From contig JAPMXV010000037.1 in NCBI GenBank assembly GCA_026936335.1, forward strand, positions 231,503-295,502: a DNA stretch of 64,000 bases, read 5' to 3'. The translations under genes were made by a program, and so were the position numbers. Positions 58,301 to 64,000 of this stretch are shown in pieces (positions within the stretch are counted from its first letter, which is position 1; each line of letters opens with the position of its first letter). The notes beneath the pieces were generated by a model. That model worked only from the letters and a program-made list of their open reading frames with translations. It had not been told where the DNA came from and searched no databases. This DNA is from Mantamonas sphyraenae STR306 (lineage: Eukaryota; Protista; CRuMs).

Positions 58301-59858
58301 TGTCCTGTTTGTGCTCTACTTGTTCTTTGTCAAGCGGCAGGTGCGTGCGAGTCGCAAGAGCACGGGCAGGGTGGCGGCACTGGCCATCACGCACCTGCAG
58401 GTGATGAGCACGTTTAGCGAGTACCGCCTCAACTGGCCCTCCAGTGTGCAAACCGTGTTCAACTACTTTTCGCTGGCCAACTTCAACGTGGAGACGGCGG
58501 CGCCCGAGTGTTCCGTGGCAGATGGGTGGACGTTTGAGACACGATTCTGGATCACCATGATCCTGCCTGCCGTGGTGGCTGTTGGATTGCTACTGCGTGT
58601 GGCGGGCCAGTTTCTGCATGCCCGGTGGGTCATGAAGTACAGCGAAGGCTTCCGACAAGCGCACCCGGGCTTTTGTGCGGAACCCGATGGATCGATGCCC
58701 AAGTGGCGCTTTGTGCTGAGCTTGCTGCGGCACAACATTGCCTCCTTCTTCACCGAGGCAGAGGTTGTGGATCAGGAGACCTTTAGACTGTTGGTCAACG
58801 AAATGCTCTTTACCATGGGTTTGCTGTACATCACACTGTGCTCGCGCGTGTTGGAGGTGTTTGACTGCACCCAGCTGCGTGTGGGCGTGTCGGTGATGGA
58901 TGCGGCGCCCGATGAGCAGTGCTGGGGAGCCTCGGGCATGCACGCTCGCCTGGTTCTGCCTGGCCTGGTGTTTGCAGTCCTGTATGTGCTGGGAACGCCA
59001 TTGTTGTTCTTTCTCATCGTGCTCACCGGCAGGGACACGCAAACGCGGCAGGGAACGGAGTTCCGGCAGAAGTTCTCCACCATCTACAACAAGTATTCCC
59101 CTCGCTTCTTCTGGTTCGAAGGCATGGTGCTGCTGCGCAAGGTGGCGGTGGTGGCGGTCAAGACATTTGCCACTACCCTGCCGGCGCTGCAGGGATTGCT
59201 GGGCATGCTGGTCATGGGCGGGGCCGCGCTGGTGCAGACCTCCAACAAGCCGTACAAGACCACCATGATGAACAACCTGGAGACCATTCTGCTGGTCGAG
59301 TCCATCCTGTTGCTGGTTGCTGGGATGGTGTTCCAGACTGGCAGTGCCGTGCGGAGCCAGGACCAGTGGGGTTTGGTGACCACAGCAGTCGCGTTCAGTG
59401 TGCTGGCCGTCTCTGTGTGGTATGTGCTCAAAGACGTGTGGAACGCCGTGCAAGAACGACGGCGCGAGAGCAGCGGCCACAATTCGACGGTCGATGCGTT
59501 TGTGACCAAACTTCGTCCCTTGTTTCATGCCGACTACCACGCCCGGCTGGAGTCCGTTGCCAAGGATGGAAAGTTGCTGGAAAGGGACATGAAGAAGGCA
59601 GTGGAGGAGATGGCGTCGCTTCAGATGCTGTCCCACGACGCCATGGTGGAACAGATGCAAAAGACCTCTGGGGCAATCGAAGAGGAGATGCTGATCATGG
59701 CAGTCGCCTTTTGCGAACGCAACGAAGATGCGGCGTTGGCCAGGGTGATTGATCTTGTGGGTGGCCGCGAGGGGCTGCTGACCCGGATTTCGGTGCGTAT
59801 GGGCAAGAGTAGCGCACGCAAGCAGAAGAGCATGGATGTGGAGATGGAGGAGATGTGA
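46303..59858 (+). CDS. Giant (~4450 aa) cell-surface protein: signal peptide, dozens of Rax2-like beta-propeller blades, two Frizzled-type CRDs, ~7 IPT/TIG domains, Cys-rich repeats, ~9 TM helices; intron 46703-46905
   Basis: MMRCLIILLFVLPLIFA; recurring LYVGGxF blades; CRDs near 49940-50210 and 55633-55930 (LFAC...FPGC...VCRQTC...C); IPT P.V.SI.P...P..GG...G..F; TM block with Y...FFWFE...LLRK. Intron GTTCGT..CCTGAC..CAG restores FVG|GDF. Confidence 0.9.
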
Positions 59859-59998
59859 GGAATGCATTGTGTAGTGGGTGGGGAGGGGAGGGTGAGTTGG
59901 AGGATGTGGGAATGTGAATGGAAGGACCGATTTGCCGACGAGGGGATGGTTGGGTGGTGGGTGGGGAGGTGTGGGGTGGTTGAGTGGGAAAGAATGGT

Positions 59999-62900
59999 TC
60001 ATTCGAGGCGTTGGCGTTTGGAGGAGGAGGAGGAGGAGGAGGAAGGGGCTTTGCGCTTTGGGAGGGTGAAGGAGGGGATGGGGTAGGCGTTGACGAGTGC
60101 ATAGGTGGTGGGGCGTGTGGTGATGTGGGGTGTGATGCGGTCGATGAGGGTGTGGAGGAGGGTGTGCAGTGTGGCGTCGCTGGGTTTGGGGTTGTCGAGC
60201 CAGGCGATCTTGAGGGAGAGGGAGGTGACACCGCGGCTGAGGGTGTTCTTGATGGCACCTTGCACCTGCAGGCTGGTGAGGCGTGGCCTGAGGAGACGGA
60301 CAAAGAAGGCCAGGTCGACAGGCGGCACGCCAACGTTGCCCAGCGCAAGGATGATGTGTCGCACCAGGGACTTCAGGTCGCCATTGTTGGTCAGCTCACG
60401 CAGTGCCTGGTGCTCGTGTGCGTGCTGATGGCGAGGGTGCTTGGCTGCGCGTGCCTTCATGTGTGCCAGCAGCGTCTGGAACTCCCGCGCCGTGCAGCTG
60501 CCACGCTCGTCGCTGTGGCCTATGATCCAGCCACTGCGCACAGACTCAGGATGCCACCCTTCCACCATGGTGGTGGGAAGGTGGTGATCGTAGTCGCATT
60601 GGGTCCAGTGTGGGTCGCTGTCGTTGTCAGCAGGGCGTCGTGCTTCCTGCAGCCACAGCTGGGTCTGCTTGTGCTTCTTCCAGGTGGTGGGATGGGGCCT
60701 GTCGCCGAGAGTGTCCATCTCTGTCATGAGAAGGTGGAGGAGGGCGTAGTTGGGGTCACCGTGGTCGTGTGGCTCCTTCAACCAGCACACCTTCAACCCA
60801 GCCTTTGTCACACCCATGGCCAGACCAGCGCTGATGATGGCAGTGCTGCACGCCTGTCGATCCACTTCAAGGCCAAGAAGGGTGAGACAGAGGGCCATGT
60901 CGCCCTGGGAGAGGGGAATGTTGCCCAGAGCGAGCTGAACCTGTCGGACGAGCGTGCGCAGGGTGCCATGGCAGACCACAACACGCGCCTGCAGGGACAT
61001 GAGGTCAGGCTTGTTGTCGATGGGATGCTCATTGGCCAGGGTGTGCATGTGGTTCAGCAGTGCCGTGTGCTCCTTCTTGTTGCTGTGGCTGCGCTCGCTC
61101 GTGCGCCACTGTGTCCAGCCACTGCACACAACACCATCTGGCAGTCCATCCTCCACGGCCATCATCTCTTCCTCGGTGGGCTCGGGCAGAACAAGCTCGG
61201 AGATGTCGAGTGAGTTGACGTCGTCGATGGTGGTGGGTCGGGTGGTGATGTGGGGTGTAATGCGGTCGATGAGGGTGTGGAGGAGGGTGTGCAGTGTGGC
61301 GTCGCTGGGTTTGGGGTTGTCGAGCCAGGCGATCTTGAGGTAGAGGGAGGTGACGCCGCGGGTGAGGGTGTTGCCGATGGTAGGGGATAACAGCCTGTAA
61401 GTGACGCGTGGCCTGAGAAGGCGGACAAAGAAGGCCAGGTCGACAGGCGGCACGCCAACGTCGCCCAGCGCCAGGATGATGTGCCGCAACAGGGACTTCA
61501 GGCTGCCGTTGTTGATGAGCTCACGCAGTGCATGGTGCTCGTGTGTGTGCTGATGGCGAGGGTGCTTGGCTGCGCGTGCCTCCATGTGTGCCAGCAGCGT
61601 CTGGAACTCCCGCGCCGTGCAGCTGCTCCGCTCGTCGCATGTTGCAGCACCGGTCCAGCCACTGCGCACAGACTCAGGGCGCCATTGTTCCTCGGTGGTG
61701 GTGAGGTGGTGGTCGTAGTTGCATTGTGTCCAGTGTGGGTCGCTGTCGTTGTCTGCAGGGCGTCGTGCTTCCTGCAGCCACAGCTGGGTCTGCTCGTGCT
61801 CCTTCCAGGTGGTGGGATGGGTTCTGCTGCCAAGTGTGTCCATCTCTGTCATGAGCAGGTGGAGGAGGGCGTAGTTGGGGTCGCCGTGGTCGTGTGGCTC
61901 CTCCAGCCAGCACACCTTCAACCCATCCTTTGTCACTCCCATGGCCAGACCAGCGTGGAGGATAGTAGCACTGCACGCCTGTTGATCCGTGTCATGGCCG
62001 AGAAGGGTGAGACAGAGGGCCATGTCGCTCTGGGAGAGGGGAATGTTGCCCAGAGCGAGCTGAATCTGACGGACCAGCGTGTTCATGGTGCCATGGCAGA
62101 CCACAACACGCGCCTGCAGGAACACGTGGTCGGGAATGTCGTCGATGGGATGCTCGTTGGCCAGGTCGTGCACGTGCTTCAGCAGTGCCGTGTGCTCCGT
62201 CTTGTTACTGTGGCTGCGCTCTTCACTGCGCCAGTTCTGCGACCACCCTTTGCGCACAACGACAGCGGGCAACTTGCTCTTCATGTCCACGCCTGATTTC
62301 TTCCGTACGCCGTTGTCTCCGTTCTTGGCCCTCCTTCCCTGTGTGCTCGACGTTCCTGTCTCTGTGCCACTCCCAGCCGTGACCCTGATCCTGCGCTGTC
62401 CGCTGCCTTTCTTCTTTTGGGGACCAGTACGTCGGCTGCTGTGGCCTCTGCGGCGTTGTGTGCGGCCTCTATCTGTGCGTTGCGGCTCCCATTCGTCCGT
62501 GTCCTCCTGCTCCATGTCGTCTGCGTCGTCGCTGCTGTCGTCTTGCGGCATGTACTCCTCATCCATGGCATCGCCAGTGTCTGCAAAGCTGAGCGAGCCC
62601 TGAGTTTCCAACTCGTCGTCCACGTGCTGCTGGGTTGCGTCGTCTGCCTCGACGTCTTCTTCGTACGCCTCCATCCATGAGCTGGACATCCACTGTGGGT
62701 TGCTGGAGATTGACGGTGGTTCTCGGTGGCCAAAGTTCAGGAACATCAGGTCCTCCACGTCGCCGGTGTCATGTGTGTGTGTGTCCTGGTCTGCGTCGTC
62801 GTCGTCGCTGTCTCCAGTCTGCTGTGTGGCCTGGTGGGAGGAGGAAGACGATGTGGTGGTGGATGTGGTCCGTGTGATGCCGACAAAGGCAGGGCTGATG

Positions 62901-63570
62901 CGTTTGGGGACGCGGTTGTGGTTTGTGGTGCGTTGAGCAGGCGAAGGGTGCGACGGAGTCTGAGCGAAGTGCATCTGGGCGGTTTGTCGCGGCTGAGGAG
63001 GCGGCGGAGGAGGGTATGCGAAGTATGGGTGGCCCTGATGAGGGTATGCGTGGTACTGCTGGGAGTGGGTGTTGACTGGGACCCAGATGATGGGTGGTTG
63101 TGGGTGTTGGTACGGGTTTTGTACGCCTTGGACGGGCAGCATGTTCGGAAACGGCTGGGCAGCCATGGGAGGGACCATGTACCCGTAGCTGTGGCGGAGA
63201 CGGGAGGGGAAGGGCGGGGTGGGAACGGTGAGCGGAAGGCGGGATGGACGCCGTCAGGGCAGAAGCGGGGGTGAAGGGAGGCTGGGACGAGCAGAGAGGG
63301 AAAACGGAGGAGATTGGCAGACCGGGAAACTGGCAACGGGGAGGGCAGTGACAGGGGAGAGAGGATCGGAGAGGAGCTGAAAAGGCAGCAGCGGTGGTGA
63401 TGGGGAAGTGGAGATGCAGGGGAGGAGTGCAGGGAAGGGACGGAGGCATAGAGGGGGCAAGCAAGCGGGAGAAGCGGGCAGTCAGAAAACGGAGTGGAAG
63501 GCAGAACGCACGCTGGGTAGGTGTTGGGTGTGTGTTGTTGCTTTTGAGTGCTTGAGTAGTCTTTGCCCAT
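59999..63570 (-). CDS. Telomere-adjacent orphan protein (~1082 aa) with a Pro/Gln-rich and acidic N-terminus and four ~185-aa repeated domains; intron 63189-63511
   Basis: 3.2-kb open frame. Upstream exon MGKDYSSTQKQQHTPNTYP joins in frame via GTGCGT..CCTGAC..CAG. C-terminus KRKAP...KRQRLE is NLS-like. Confidence 0.8.
60104..62248. repeat. Intragenic tandem duplication, period ~1125 bp (copies ~60104-61122 and ~61229-62248)
   Basis: Long near-identical stretches, e.g. TGCGGTCGATGAGGGTGTGGAGGAGGGTGTGCAGTGTGGCGTCGCTGGG at 60136 and 61261. Confidence 0.92.
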
Positions 63571-63844
63571 GATGGTGGTGGTGGTACTGGAGTGTATGTG
63601 GATTGTGTTGGACTGGTGGAGGGTGTCGTGGGTGTTGGAGATACTTTTGGTTGAAGGCGGATGGGCAGTGCTGACTGCGCGGCGTTGCAAAATGACGGCC
63701 ACTCACCAGCAGCATTTCCACTCCCACCCATTGCCCACTGCCCCATGTCACCACCCAACTCAGCCACCCAGCCAGCAGACACAAGCACAACTCACATGAC
63801 ATAGACCGGACTCAGCATTTAACAATCCAACACAATAGGGGTAT

Positions 63845-64000
63845 GGTTAGGGTTAGGGTTAGGGTTAGGGTTAGGATTAGGGTTAGGATTAGGGTTAGGG
63901 TTAGGGTTAGGGTTAGGGTTAGGGTTAGGGTTAGGGTTAGGGTTAGGTTAGGTTAGGGTTAGGGTTAGGGTTAGGGTTAGGGTTAGGGTTAGGGTTAGGG
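63845..64000 (+). repeat. Telomeric repeat array (TTAGGG)n, right chromosome end
   Basis: About 25 TTAGGG units to the end of the window, G-rich strand running 5'->3' toward the end; variants TTAGGA, TTAGG and TTAGGGG are present. Confidence 0.97.

Noticed and set aside
60104-62248. 1.1-kb direct repeats as possible LTRs
   Set aside because: The copies are nearly adjacent, in frame within one ORF, and enclose no gag/pol; no TG..CA ends or target-site duplication seen.

Overview
The window is the terminal 64 kb of a chromosome arm from a compact, GC-rich, intron-poor eukaryote, probably a flagellated heterotrophic protist (MEIG1 and folliculin are present; the lineage cannot be determined from the sequence alone). 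It ends in a (TTAGGG)n telomere at about 63.85 kb. About 25 protein-coding genes can be reconstructed, with short GT-AG introns that mostly have GTNNGT donors and a CTGAC branch point. Intergenic spacers are often under 100 bp. Genes, left to right: polo-like kinase (partial), folliculin, a head-to-head pair of class-3 lipases, a double-domain GT31 glycosyltransferase, an ankyrin protein, a small single-TM protein, FolC/FPGS, MEIG1-like, PTC7-type PP2C, a gustatory-receptor-like membrane protein, a coiled-coil RING protein, a divergent Sec23/24, AP endonuclease, UbiA-family prenyltransferase, a threonine aldolase-aldehyde dehydrogenase fusion, an unknown CorA-like-topology protein, cytosolic 5'-nucleotidase, a 1.8k-aa secreted His-rich protein, S28 peptidase, tafazzin, YeeE/YedE transporter, an LRR protein with a C-terminal F-box-like motif, a ~4450-aa beta-propeller/Frizzled-CRD/IPT multi-TM receptor, and a telomere-adjacent four-repeat orphan. 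Nine frame breaks interrupt otherwise intact genes between 5.9 and 33.3 kb; these are most likely long-read errors, but they have a pattern worth testing. The most notable items are the aldolase-ALDH fusion, the His-stripe secreted protein, the giant Frizzled-CRD receptor, the GR-like channel and the telomere-proximal repeat gene. All family calls come from motif recognition, not database searches.
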